Origin: Bifidobacteriaceae bacterium
GTDB taxonomy: Bacteria; Actinomycetota; Actinomycetes; Actinomycetales; WQXJ01
Reading direction: 5' to 3'
Length of the DNA stretch: 34,091 nt
Assembly: GCA_031257375.1 (NCBI GenBank)
Contig: JAIROU010000131.1
Span: 1 to 34,091 of the forward strand
Position numbers and translations under genes: made by a program. Positions 33,167-34,091 of the stretch are shown here, piece by piece. Below the pieces are notes generated by a model. That model saw only the letters and a list, made by a program, of their open reading frames with translations, was not told the origin of the DNA and ran no database searches. Position 1 is the first letter of the stretch. Every line of letters begins with the position of its first letter.

Positions 33167-33361
33167 GCTTGCATTTGAACCTTGGTCTGATTGCGGATCG
33201 TTTCGATGGCCCGCGCGGATGTGGCGCGTATTTGGGCGATGAGGTCGCGTAGGCGCCGGTCGTTGGCTGTCCATTCGCGGATGCTCACCGAGACCAGCCC
33301 CCTGCGACGTCAACTCCTCGACCTTTACGGCGCCGACCGGCACGCCCCCAGCCGCTGACAC
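33163..33361 (-). pseudogene. Possible small frameshifted gene (65 aa if one G of a G5 run is dropped) or a 41-aa ORF at 33288..33163
   Basis: Two segments with coding-like third-position GC join at the homopolymer 33298-33302; the stop shares CTAG with the NlpC/P60 stop. No family recognised. Confidence 0.3.
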
Positions 33362-33781
33362 ATGGGTAATACACCACCACACCCGAAAAACAGCATCCCA
33401 CCAGCCCAAACACCAACCCGCGCGCCACTAAGAGGGAGAGTCGGGCTAGGCGCGACAACCCGCACGGAATGCTGAGGTCGACGCGACCCTCCGCGACGGG
33501 TGTTGGCCACTGCCGCCTCTGGCCAACTCGGCCGGTCATCGATCAGCGACCCGGGACCGCCGCTTGGGTCATAGCACTGTCCGCCGCCCGCGCCATCGGG
33601 ACTCTCAGCACTGCGGCGGGGCAGGAGCGTCCTGCAGTCCAAGGCCGCTGGTGGGCGCGCCGATAACGGTGGATCGAGGCCGCCTCCTTCCCCGCCCGTG
33701 CCGCCAGGCGAGCGAAGCGAGATGAGCGCGGCATCACCTTTCGCGGGCGCAGCGGCCGATGCGGGCCGCCAACCGGCCGAC

Positions 33782-33811
33782 TTGCGGGCACGCCCGATCA
33801 TGGGGTAACCT
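33782..33811 (+). promoter_or_regulatory. rrn operon promoter
   Basis: TTGCGG, 18 nt spacer, TAACCT, about 185 nt before 16S; G/T-rich leader with a CTCAATAG processing-stalk-like sequence. Confidence 0.65.
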
Positions 33812-33994
33812 ACTCAGGTTGTGCCGATCGTGGCGCAGCCAACCACGCCAACTACTGAGCCGGTCATACCCTTGTCCGGTGGGTGGTTTGTTGTTTGTTA
33901 TCTCAATAGCGCGTTTTTGGTTTTTGTGTTGTGCTGGTCTTGTTTTGGCTGGCCTGCATTTTTTTTGTGGGCCGGGGTTTTGTTTTCTGTTTTT

Positions 33995-34091
33995 TTGATG
34001 GAGAGTTTGATCCTGGCTCAGGACGAACGCTGGCGGCGTGCTTAACACATGCAAGTCGGACGATGATCTGGGGGCTTTCGGGTTTCCTGGT
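33995..34091 (+). rRNA. rrs: 16S rRNA, 5' end (truncated by the window)
   Basis: AGAGTTTGATCCTGGCTCAG at 34002-34021 followed by GACGAACGCTGGCGGCGTGCTTAACACATGCAAGTC. The 5' boundary is approximate. Confidence 0.98.

Noticed and set aside
33420-33780. ncRNA or small gene upstream of the rrn promoter
   Set aside because: No recognisable RNA family motif and no convincing ORF; left unannotated.
33880-33996. T-rich low-complexity tract as foreign DNA
   Set aside because: G/T-rich leaders are normal for actinobacterial rrn operons, and the tract lies between the promoter and 16S.

Overview
High-GC actinobacterial chromosome segment, Micrococcales-like by gene content and order (inference). The conserved backbone runs trkH (truncated at the window edge), excisionase-type HTH gene, 30S protein bS22, SerB-like HAD hydrolase, histidine phosphatase, PLDc_N protein, then the menaquinone genes menA, menE, menB, menC, menD and menF interspersed with a DUF3048 lipoprotein and htrA. 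It ends with an FprA-like reductase, a c-di-AMP riboswitch upstream of an NlpC/P60 gene and the 5' end of a 16S rRNA gene. A ~13 kb accessory block (about 4600-17700) sits between the PLDc_N gene and menA: a Fic gene, a LacI-regulated glycoside-utilisation locus (GH78, Gfo/Idh/MocA, VOC, ABC transporter, SDR, GH10) and a vapBC module. The most notable non-coding observations are two related TA-flanked IS630-like MITEs (one inside a riboswitch hairpin loop, one supplying the htrA stop codon), a 26-bp-periodic repeat upstream of both menB and menF, and a palindromic tandem repeat over the Fic promoter. The hem and cytochrome c maturation genes are absent from their usual positions. All product calls come from motif recognition by eye; no database searches were run, and no clearly new multi-gene system can be proven from the sequence alone.
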